Assembly: GCA_964019425.1 (NCBI GenBank)
Contig: OZ025800.1
Location: 62,001-126,000, forward strand
Direction of reading: 5' to 3'
Origin: Flectonema sp. DT1601
Lineage: Eukaryota
DNA length: 64,000 bases
Positions 46,624 to 57,868 of this stretch are shown piece by piece. Both the position numbers and the translations under genes were made by a program. Under the pieces are notes generated by a model. That model saw only the letters and a program-made list of their open reading frames with translations, was not told the origin of the DNA and did no database searches. Every line of letters starts with the position of its first letter. Positions within the stretch are counted from its first letter, which is position 1.

Positions 46624-47800
46624 GTTCCGGTACGATGTGCTAGTTAACCAACTAAATATATATAAAAAAAAAACGAAGAGAAAATAAGTAAATTAAATAA
46701 AACACAGAATAAGGTGGCTCTTTTTTTTCTCAGATAGATATCTCTGACAAACGGAATCATGAATACCTAAAGAATCTTTCTACAACACCATTTTTTATTT
46801 CTTTTTAAACTTAGTATTAATGGCCATCAGTCAATCAAAAAAAATCAACCAAAATGCAAAAATTTACCTCAAGACAGTCAAGTGTTTATATTTCGGGTTA
46901 TTAAGTATTCCAAAAAGCACTGGCTTTATCTTCAACTATACAGAAAATAATGATATAACGCTGTGATTTTTTGTTTGTGCACGAAACCGTGAACCGACTT
47001 AAACTGATAAAGCTAAAGGAGGTTTACGTGTGCTGCCCAACATTCTTTTTCGTTCTTACAATACTTGTTAAATGCAAAAAAAAATATAAAGATATATAAA
47101 AAAAAAACCAAACGTGTTTATTTTCTTATTTAATTTCCCACTGGCAATTACACGAGGTAAGTCACGAGGTTGGGAAATACGCAGAGAGACTAAGAGAATA
47201 AAACCGCAGAAAAGGCATTCTGCCGCAAGCGAATAAATCTTTTACAAAAAGTCTTTAAAGACAAAAATAAATAAATAAAAAAAATAAAAACAGGGGGGAG
47301 AATTGTTTTGAGCACATTTATAAAGACATAAATATATTGTATTGTATCAAAAAGTTAACTAATGTAAACAATTAGTAATTTATGATATGGCAAAAACACT
47401 CTGCAAATGTCGTACAATGCTAGCGTTTGTCAAGAATTCAGTTAGAAAACGTGAAGAGATTGCGTCCGTTCAACAAATAATGTTAGGACGTCAAAAAGGC
47501 GGGGAGGGAAACACTAATTCGTGTCAATTTAAAATTTAAGTTGAGGAGCAACAAAAATAAATTGGTCAAAACTACATAGCGTGCCTTCTTCCCCCACCTG
47601 TAACACGGAATACTAAATAGTGTCAGCAGTTTGGAACAGCTTATAAGCCAACTTTCTGTCTGAAAAAATAAGAAAAAAACCTTTTTTTGGTTTATTCCCG
47701 ACAAAAACATTGAACATTTATTATATTTGTTTATGCGCGAACCCAAAAGAGGAGAATGTAGAAACAGTAATAAGAATGAGGAAGGGGAAAAAAAAAAAAA

Positions 47801-47945
47801 AAAAACAATTCAGATAAGCCTTATATTTTGTTGATCGCAGACACTAACAGGAACATTTGAACATAATAAATAAACGGCTCTTAATCTGAATAGTTTCTTC
47901 TCCGACTTTGTCGGTGCAAAAAAAAAAAAAAAAAAAAAAAAAAAA
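47801..47945. repeat. Dispersed repeat B, copy 1, ending in an A28 tract
   Basis: Shares attcagata, atcgcagac, atctgaatagt, tcttctccgactt.gtcg.tgc and a following poly(A) with 60110-60233. Confidence 0.75.
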
Positions 47946-48191
47946 GATTAATCAAAAAAACGGAAAGTAAAAAGACCCATTAGTTGCAAAAGGCAAACCT
48001 GCACCCACGAATTACATCAAAAAAAAAAGAAAAATATCGATGCAAATAATGTGCCATAAATTACTTTAAGTAAGTGATAGAAAACTACAACAGGAAATGC
48101 CAATCACGGAGGGTGCTGACAACTGTGCAGTGCAAATATCTGAAGTTGATGGAGAGAATAAGAGGGAAAACAGATTTCTTTTTTGCTCCAC

Positions 48192-48224
<33 letters not shown>

Positions 48225-48569
48225 GAAACGAAAAAAAGAAGAAAAAACAAAACTCACGCGTCGCAAAGTTTGGCAATATTTTCTTTATGCCAAGAGTGTT
48301 TGAGAGCTGACAGAATTAAATATTTAAAAAAAAAAAAAAAAAAATCAGCCAAAAAATTGTGTTCCTGACGACAGATTCTCCGGCTGACATTTATATTTAA
48401 GAGATTGACTTCTTGGTTAGAGCTCAATCTCAATGCGACAAATGAATGACGAGAATGTATCGTAGACTTACCAATAGAATCATCTACTTGTGCTGTACTT
48501 GACCTCTCCTCCTATATAATGAAGAGGGCTATTTTCTTTCATGTGATCGCATTGTCTGATTGCTAACAA

Positions 48570-51500
48570 CTACGGCTGAGGAGAACACAACTTCTCTGCG
48601 TCACGAGATGGGCGCCTTCTATTATTACTATTACTAGCCGGGCTAAACATAAATATGTTTACCTTTATGCCGGATGACAAAGCAACAAGCGCTGCAACAA
48701 CAGCAGCATGTGGTGTTGCGTACAGATCTTCACAGCAACCACTAAATGGTAATGACCTCGATATTCTAACAGGAACATAACATTGCTTAGCGTAGGATTG
48801 AATAAGAAGAGATTGGCGATCATCAGGTTGAGTCACAAGATGATTATTAATATCGTCGAGTGCTCTGTCAAAGTTTCGAGATAGTAAGAATCTCCACGCT
48901 GATTTATATAAAGGAAATGGATCATCTTTTACTTGATCATACATCCAATCTTCTGTTTTCACTCCTAGAATTCCTTCAAAAGAAAAAACGTCACTTCCAT
49001 TTGGATCAAAAGCACTTCCGTGAATCCGATCAACAGGTCTGACTGCTGCGAACATCTCAAACTTCACAGCCAGTGTTCGACAGCATAAGACTCGACACTT
49101 TAAAGCTCCCGCAAGCCTGCTGAAGATGTTCGCTCTTTCTAAGGGTTCTCCAGCACAAAAATTGCTTTTCAACGATGTGGTTCCTACATTACCAGTAACA
49201 GCAACACCAGCACTGAGACCTACGCAGATTGATCGCTCCTCGATGAGATCGTCCGCAAAGCGTGCTGCTAGTCTATGTGCACGTGGTCCTTGCCAAGTGA
49301 TGACAGCACTTCCACAACTAATTGATTGAACAATTCCATTATGACAGGCGCTGAGTGTTTTATCATTCAGAGACTCCAGAGCTGCTTCTAATGTGGAAAC
49401 AAGTCGAGTTGTGAGCTTATAAGCATCCTCAGTATTCCTAATTGGTATATGACATTCTGCTACTACAATACGACGCTTTCTCACACCGAGTCCAATAGCA
49501 CGCTGTATGTCCAACAGTTTTTCATATCTGTGATGTGATTTTGTTTAAAGTGATTGATAGCAATTAACAGCTACGATATAATTAAATAAATATCATACCC
49601 AGATGTCTGCGACTTAGAATAAGAAGTAAAGGTTCCAGTTGCAATGGGAAGTGTTGGACCTGTTATGGCGTCAGGAGAGTCACCCTGATCGCCATCAATA
49701 AAACTGAAGATCGAATTAGGGAGGAAAGGTTTAAACAATCTCAAGTTTGATATAATTGTCCCGAGAGACGTTCTCATTGAAGCAAGTTGGTCAGCTTGCT
49801 GACCTGCTACAATTGAACGGTCGATGTAAGCCTGGGTAGCATCAAGATCGAACTTTAAAAGAAGTTCGGATACATTCTCTACTAACGATATCGATGACGC
49901 AGCTCTTTCTCTTTCAGCTTCCAACTTCTCAACGTAATCGTATGAAAACGCATTGTGCTCACTCCTATCAAGTCCACGTAGCTCATCTATTTCTCGAACT
50001 CGTAACCCCAATGTGTATTTTAAAAACAAACCGATTGAAACAGTAGTAATAATAGCCCAACATATAGCAGACAAAACACCAATTCCTTGTACTACAAATT
50101 GACCATGATCAGATCCAGTAAGAAGCCCATATGACTGTCCTAGATTACTATTATTAGTAGCAACCTTTATTCGAGTACTGTCGCAGAATAGTCCAGTTGA
50201 GATTCCACCCCACATACCTCCCCCAAGGTGGACTGCGCCAGCATCAACAACGTCGTCTATGCGAAGGTGGAATCGCAATTTGTGGATGCCATAATATACC
50301 GCAGTTGAAACAACACCAACAACAATTGAATAAGGTGGTGATATGTAGGCACAACCAGCTGTGATTGAAACCATTCCACACAGAGCGCTATTACACAAAA
50401 ATCCGATATCAAAATATCCGTACAGACGGTGGCTGAACACCAATCCACTTACAGTTGCTGCCGACGATGATAAGATGGTGTTCACAGCTGCCAATCCAGC
50501 AGTTTGGCTTCCTCCGTTAGTTATTCCTCCAACAGAACCAGCATTGAATGCAAACCAAGCAAACCACAGAAGTAGAGTACCTGTTTAGTGTTTTATTATT
50601 AGGAAGTTAAATTAAAGACAAAAGGCTATCAAAACTATATAACAAACATACCCGTGGCTTGCTGAAATCTATTGTGAGGTGCGACTAACAATTGTCCTTC
50701 TTCAGAAAACAGATCAATCCCATCAGGTAGGACTCTATTTCCTAACATGAATGCGAGTACTAAAGCTGAAGCACCACCATAACAATGGATAACAACTGAA
50801 CCAGCAAAGTCAAGAACACCATTAGCAGCATAACGATTGTCTGAGAATGGCGACAACCAACCATAATCTGACCATACCCAATGAACTATGGTGGGATACA
50901 CGAATCCAGTAGCAAGAGTTACGAATATATAATACGACAGTAATGACATTCTCTCAGCAACAGCACCACTAACAATAGTAACTGCTGCAGTCATATAAGT
51001 AAATGATAAAAAGAAGTGAGAGTACTTACTCGCATTGGGATCATCAGCATCTGGCCGTAGTGCGTACAAATGTTCGTCACCACCTCCAATAAAAACAGAA
51101 CCACTTCCGTATGCAATAGAGTAACCAACACACCACCACATTAGTGAACCGATAGCACAATCACCAAGATTCTTAAAAATAATATTTATCACATTGCCTG
51201 ATCGAACCGAACCAGCTTCCAAAAAACAAAATCCCAACTGCATAGAAAACACGATAATACCACACGTCAAGGACCAAGTACCATCCAGGTCAGTAGATAC
51301 GCTCGCGAGCTCAGTTTGAAGGGTAAAGAGAAGATCCTGTTTTTTTTTTAGATTAGTTTTGTCATCTTTTGATATCATAATATTGGTAACTAATAAAAGT
51401 CAAAGCATCTGACAAAAAGAATCGGCCAACTTCACTTTTTACTTTTTTACTCAACACTTTTGGAGCACAATCGGGAAGGTTGGTTACGCTGCCACAATTC

Positions 51501-53408
51501 TCATTCTACCGAACAACGGGTTTGTAGGTACAAAATAGAACAAAAAAAAAATACCTCTACTTCCTCTTGTGTAATATTACTATTGGCTATCGAGTTGGTG
51601 GAACCACTGTTACCGTCTACTGCCGCGGTGACTACTGTAATAGAAGTCAAGAGAGCAAAGTATGTAAACAGTCGAAGTACCATCATAAATCCAGATCGAT
51701 TAATGTTCTTAAGGAATTCAAGAAGTGAACGAGAACTGAGATTTGAATAGGTAACAAAACTGTGACTTTTAAAAGCCGGGTCTGTGACAAGAGAAGAAGC
51801 ACTTTCCTTACGATCAATGAGAACATCTTTATCACACTGAAACATTCTCGTCATATTAACACCTGGGATGAGTGTTGATGCGAACCTTGCTGCGATATCT
51901 GCGGGTATTCTTATCAATTCTGAAGCACTCTTAACATCAATAAATTCAGTCGCCAGACTTTCAGTATCAACTAACTCATCAGTTTCTACAGCATATGTTC
52001 CCATTTTAATCTCTCTGAGAGTAGATATTACAGAGTGCTCTTTGAACGCTTTAAATGCTTCTTTTGAGGCAACTAGTGGAGCGACTAACCAGTTCGTATA
52101 ATCGCAATGGGTTGCCCCGTGATCAGAGTGGTCTTGATCAGTACTTGATGTTATGACAGGAATCACTTTTGATAATTGACAAAGTAGAATTATAACAGCA
52201 AAAGAACAAAATACTCCCCAAGCAATGATGCAAACTATTGCTAAAAGATGAGAAGAAAATATCTCACCCCTAGACGGTGTTTCCATGATGCTTCCGTCTT
52301 TAAAGGGAACGAACTTTAACTGTGATAAGTCAGCAAGTAATGGAGTCATCAGTGTTGATACTAACGACGACATGAAATAATTAGCAACTCCATCAAGAGG
52401 ATCGTGAACTCCCAACTTCGTCTCAAGAATGTAAATCGAACAATAATAACAAACAGTTGCTGCTACTCCCATTAACGGAGCGTATGCGAGAGGTATGTAG
52501 AAACCAGAACCACAAGACATCACAAGACCTGATATCGTACAGCTGATTACTGATTCTAAAGTAAAATATCCCAACAGCTCTCTGCTTACTACAAATGTTG
52601 TTAAGACTGCGAATGAACAGCAGATTGTTGAGAATAGAGCAACAGCAGACACGGCATTTACCGAAAAAGGAGTCTGACCAGATTGACTGTATCCAATTCC
52701 ACACATGTGAAGACAGTATTGTCCCATCCACATGAAAATCAAACCAACCGTTTCAAAAAACCTATTATGTCCAATTTTCGGCATTGCACTAAAACACCCA
52801 AGTTGAACATACCGAGATAGACACAATGCGAATGTTGACGGAAGTAAGAATAACAAAACAGGAGATGACGCTGCTAAAACACCTCCACCAACTTTATCAT
52901 TTGACCAAATTGCGAGGAATCCATCAGCACCCCAAACCCAATGTGCTGCAATAGGGAATATTATTCCTGAGAATAAAATCACAATAATACCGTAAGGAAT
53001 TAAGCGAAGTCTTCCTACTGAGACTCCAGCAATTGGAGAGTATGCTGTTGTTACGATCATACAGGTAGCAAATAGAAGTGGATAACCCTCAGAGTTGGTC
53101 TTTGAGTAGTCTTCTGGTCGTGTTCCAACAATACTTCCTTCGGAGAATGCTATTCCAAATCCAATTAAGTACCAAATAATCGCTGTTAATACTGTTTCGA
53201 TAATTGTACTGGCAGCACCCGATAACACCATAGTACATGATGACGATCCTGCTTTATAGAAAGCCGATCCGATTTGTGACATAAAGAAGAAGATTCCACA
53301 AATCAATAACCACATTCCTCTTAAATCAGACTTTAATGTGATTGCCGCATCTAACGTTGATGTTAAATTTTTTATAAAAGTCTCTTCGTAAATAAGAGAG
53401 GCTGACAT
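48570..53408 (-). CDS. AMT: 4-exon fusion (~1490 aa): degenerate AMT, linker TM, intact ammonium transporter, HAMP-like helices, degenerate class III cyclase
   Basis: Exons 53408-51555, 51336-50652, 50580-49599 and 49527-48570. Introns 51337-51554 (phase 0), 50581-50651 (phase 1) and 49528-49598 (phase 2) are all GT-AG and phase-compatible. Splicing restores ATG|TLLLWFAWFAFNAGS. AMT motifs: MQLGFCFLEAG, SGAVAER, HWVW, LDFAGSVVIH, DDVVDAGAVH. The extreme C-terminus may contain one more intron (donor at 48662). Confidence 0.82.
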
Positions 53409-54657
53409 GTCACCTTTAAACTTTGATGGGAAGAGAAAATAAATATAACAACCGAAGGACTACTAAAATTATTTTCTAAATTTTAACGATGAGTTTCGTG
53501 CTTGTTCTGTTGAGGGAAAATAAATCATTTAATCATCTTCAAAAATAGCGACACATCTTACTGAAGTGTAAAGTTAGGAGAACTGTAAACTATCGCTGCT
53601 GAGAAAAAGTTTCGAAATCGATTCCTCAGTCCTGCCTCCAAAAAAAAAAAAGAAAAAAAAAAAAAAAAAAAGAGAACAAAATAATAAATAAAAAAAAGGT
53701 TTTTTGTTAAATCCAAAACGTTTCGTTGTTCTAATCATTGTGAGATTTTTTTCTTTTTTTTAATATCATCGTCGAGAGGTTTCGTTTAACTTCGATAAAT
53801 TAATTACGACATCGTTTTTAATGACAACAACACATCTCTATATCAGATTCCATACTGTGATGGGGAAGTAGTTTAGTTCGACTAACATCTTCATCTGATC
53901 CATTCAGTGAACTTTTAGAACACAAAACAATATTTATGTTATGTCCTTTACGAAATAATACATCCACTAATCAATGCGTCTTCTTTAGTAGTATCAATAC
54001 GACCTTCAACGTGTTGCATTCCTCTCGTGTGAGAATTTCGTACCTTTATAGATGACGGCATATTATGTAACGAAATAAGTGTACTGATGGGTTGAAGGGA
54101 GTATTTTAAAAAAGATTTCCCCCCCCCCTCTTTTTATTTTTGCTAATCTATTATTCAACACCTTATCCCCTCACCACTTTACCCCGATTTAGTTGTTGTT
54201 TTTTTTTTGTCGATAAAAATAGAAATAAAGTGTAATAATCAACAAAATTTAAAAAAAACAGATATGAAATAAATAAATACAGGGGAAAAAGAAACAAGAA
54301 AGCGCGACTTCTCTCAGCAGAAGGCTGCAGGGGAAGATCATCGGAAAACCAAAACTGAATAACATCACAAAGTTTAGAAATATAAATATGACAAGCATTA
54401 ATACCACAGTGGGCATGCGCCTTCGATAAACAAAAAGATGGCACCACAGAACAGAATGCCTTAATAATGAAACAGTTTACACTCAATTCACTCCCTTAGT
54501 AGTATTTAAGAGAAGATAGACTATTATTAAAAAATATGAATTATTACCGTAGTCCATACAGTAATAGGCTTGGATTTATACGAAATTTTTATGGTCGAAA
54601 AAAAAAAAAAACGAAACAAAGCAATAATCTAATAAGCGAGTTCCGTAGTCAGATGAA

Positions 54658-56068
54658 TTATTTCTTATTGCCTGATGGCTCTTCTGGTGCTCTGTTGTTA
54701 TTTTAATTATTTATGCATGTTGAAATGAATTGACTAAACCCAATTACCTAATAGTACCTATCCATGACAAGTACTACAAGGATAGAAAATATAGTTAGCA
54801 TACCCGAAAGGACGATCAAGAGGGGCTGGGGGTTCTTGTAGGGCAGCAGGTACTGTTGCTTCAGCAACAGGATTATAATCACCTACTCGGTAATGAGACA
54901 CTCCGGAACCACCACCTGCTGGTCTAGCGTGTGTACTTCCAACTGTTTTCGTTTGTTGATTGCGACCACCAGGCTTTCCGTATATTGACATCCCCTTTCC
55001 TTGTCTGTCACCAGCACCACCTACACCACCTCTTCCTAGTACACTACCATTAGAGCCACCAATACCACCAGCACCGTTTACACCTCCATCAAGAATAGGA
55101 TTGCCGTACATATCGAGTGGTGTACCATCTGGTGCATATGAATGAGGTTGCATCTGATTTCGACCTGGAATAGGATTCCCGTACTCATCTAACACCATGT
55201 AACCAGCGTCTGAAGCATCTGTCTCACCAGGTAGTCTGCTTAATTGACTATTTGGGTATCTCGATTTCACTGTTCCTCCGTACATCCCAGGATTGTCAGC
55301 TGGTGTTCGTTGCATCCCCAGATTAGTTGTTTGAGTTGGTTGACGAGGAGCAGTGTATTCACTGTAGCCGCTTTCTGATGGTGGGACGCGGTATGACTGA
55401 ACTGGAGGGGAGTTGTACTGTTGGGGAGGCTGTTTGTAACCGCGAGATTGTTGCATTTGTGAAGCGAAATCCTGAGCAGACATAGGACGTTGTGATTGAA
55501 TTGGTTGGGCAGGAGCGGGATGTTGGTAGCTGCGATGCTGTTGCTGTTGCTGTTGTTGTTGTTGCTGTTGAACTGGATACCCTCTTCTGCTTGCAGATTG
55601 TAATTGTGATGCAAAGTCTTGGGAAGTCATTTGCTGGTGTTGATGTGGAGGTGGAGGGTAACCAGAAGATGATGTTACACTTTGAGTATGAGGATTTCGT
55701 TGTTGATATCCAACAGACTGATAATTGTTACCTGAACGTGGTGCAGTAGAGTAGTGTTGTTGTTGTAAAGGAGATGGTTGTTGTCTCATACTTTGTGGTG
55801 GGGAGATCGTATTATTCGGAGCTCCTGATCTCTGCCCTCCAACGCTACCAGCGGCAGACATTAACATGAAATCATCAGCTGTCACCTTTCTACCTTTTGA
55901 ACTGTGATCATGATATCCTGTTGAACCGTCTTTGTGGAAATCAGTTTCTTCATCTCTATACTTTGCGTTATGAACACTCATTGATCCTCCTGCCATGGCT
56001 CCAAGATATCGAGGATTCTCTCGACCTTCTTGTCCTAATTTCACATAAAGGTTTGGATTGTATTGCAT
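54658..56068 (-). CDS. Q/P/G-rich low-complexity protein, 2 exons
   Basis: Exons 56068-54804 and 54691-54658; intron 54692-54803 is phase 2 and gives ...RPFGAPEEPSGNKK*. Internal repeats M(T/S)xQDFASQ x2 and LDxYGNPI x2. Confidence 0.75.
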
Positions 56069-56282
56069 TGTTATTAGATCTGACTTGTTAATAGAAATAA
56101 AGAAATTATTAAAACTAACAACACAAAACGTTGGATATCACTCGAGGATTTCCATCTCCTTCATTACGACTGATGTTCTGGGTCAGAGGGAACGTCAGTC
56201 AGTTTTAAACACTTTCAAGTAGATAGGAATACGAAACTTGCAGACATCACCACCATAAGGTAGTACCTTGACTCTTGTGTAA

Positions 56283-57218
56283 CTATTCAGCGCTGATTGT
56301 TATCTTTCCTTGCTTAACAGATAAAACCCTTCCAAGGAGAGGTTCAAACACTACAAACCCACCTGCAAGGATCGCAGTAGTTATTATGTTTGTGAAGTTT
56401 TTGGATACAAAAGTTTCTTTCTTGGACTTGGGAAACAGTTTTTCAAATCTTTTTGTCTTTCTGACAACCCGACCAGCAATACGAAAGAAAATACGAACCA
56501 CACACCAACTAGTGTAGACACCACAACCAGTAACTAAAACAGCATGATTGTTAACATCGAATTGAATTGGGTTACCAAGTTCTACAGACCACCACGTGTG
56601 ACTGACTAACATAGTTGACAGCAATACCTGTCCTTGAAGCATTATTTCACCAAAAGAATTAAAGTTTTCCATCCCAATGACTTTAGGTGCAAGTGCCGAA
56701 GTGATGCACATTGAGATTGGAGCGCAAGACAGAAGTATTTCTGTTACCGATTCACCAATATTCAAAGCTAGAATGTGACCAAATAATACAGAATACGTTA
56801 CTAAGACCATAGGCTTTACTAATCCAAGTTTTGAAAGTAATGTTATAATCCTTCCTGATGAGTACCCAAATAGAGTAAATCCAGCAAGTGGAAGCATTCC
56901 GAATTCATTGTTTCGTAGGGTTGTGAATATTGTTTCCTTACATTTAAGAGCGTGGATTACAAAAGGAACAGGTGTTAATAGCATTACAACTCCTGATGGT
57001 ACCACTCTCGGTAGTACTTCCCACAGCTTGGCTCCAACAAGAACAGCTGTAGCTCCAGTTGCGGCTTTCATATAAACTTTTGATCCAAAAACAACACCAT
57101 CAGTGAGTCTTGATTCTTCTCTTCCTTTCAGACAGGAATTCACAAATCTAAAACCAAAGTACGCACACCCAGCCATCCCAACTCCAGATACAACCTTTGC
57201 AAGGGATGGACTTTCCAT
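56283..57218 (-). CDS. Multi-pass membrane protein of unknown family (weak resemblance to Bax-inhibitor/GHITM-type proteins)
   Basis: 311-aa ORF with many hydrophobic helices. FDVNNH...VRIFFRI only loosely recalls the TMBIM C-terminus. Confidence 0.6.
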   Translation of the reverse strand: MESPSLAKVVSGVGMAGCAYFGFRFVNSCLKGREESRLTDGVVFGSKVYMKAATGATAVLVGAKLWEVLPRVVPSGVVMLLTPVPFVIHALKCKETIFTTLRNNEFGMLPLAGFTLFGYSSGRIITLLSKLGLVKPMVLVTYSVLFGHILALNIGESVTEILLSCAPISMCITSALAPKVIGMENFNSFGEIMLQGQVLLSTMLVSHTWWSVELGNPIQFDVNNHAVLVTGCGVYTSWCVVRIFFRIAGRVVRKTKRFEKLFPKSKKETFVSKNFTNIITTAILAGGFVVFEPLLGRVLSVKQGKITISAE

Positions 57219-57868
57219 TTTGTAGATAAGTTTGCTATTTGAATGGATTTAAATATTTATATTGTTTCTCAACTTCAGTGACTACCTAACACACAAAGGA
57301 TACTTTACGACTCCTTATCACCACTGAGACGAAGGCGAACTATTTCTCGCTTCCAGAGCCTAAAAAATTGGAGGGTCCCAGTGTATTGAAAATACCAACC
57401 TGTGAAGGGAAAAAAAAGAAGAAACTAATAACAAAAAACAAAGCACAACTACATAATAAAACGCATCGACCATGAGGCCTGGTGTGGTGGGCATTACATT
57501 TTTAAGAATCGATAGAAGGGGAAAACAGGTTAGATAAATAGTCCCTGTTGGAGACGGGTCACCTCTTCTCTCTCCTGCAATCAAATAGCAGGACTCGGTA
57601 GACATCTTAAATCGTATTTATAACAGATGGTGAAGTACAGATAATTATTATTATTTTTCTTCACAACTTAATTAAGAGAACAAATACCAAGACTGTACCT
57701 TCTCCTTCATCAAATAATAAAAGACGTACAATAGTTTATACTTCACTATTGGGTTTGTGTTGGACTACAATTGGAGATTGGGGGTTTGAGGGCTCCCTTT
57801 TGCTAATTCTAAAGTACGCAAACTAATAAAACGACACTAAGGTCCCGTTAGGTGCTTCAAAGTCTGTC

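Noticed and set aside
11547..48368. Numerous 60-140 aa ORFs rich in poly-K/poly-F in the spacers
   Set aside because: They are translations of A/T homopolymer tracts with no domain-like content.
15047..53408. Amidase and AMT fusion as a nitrogen-scavenging gene cluster
   Set aside because: They are more than 30 kb apart with unrelated genes between them.
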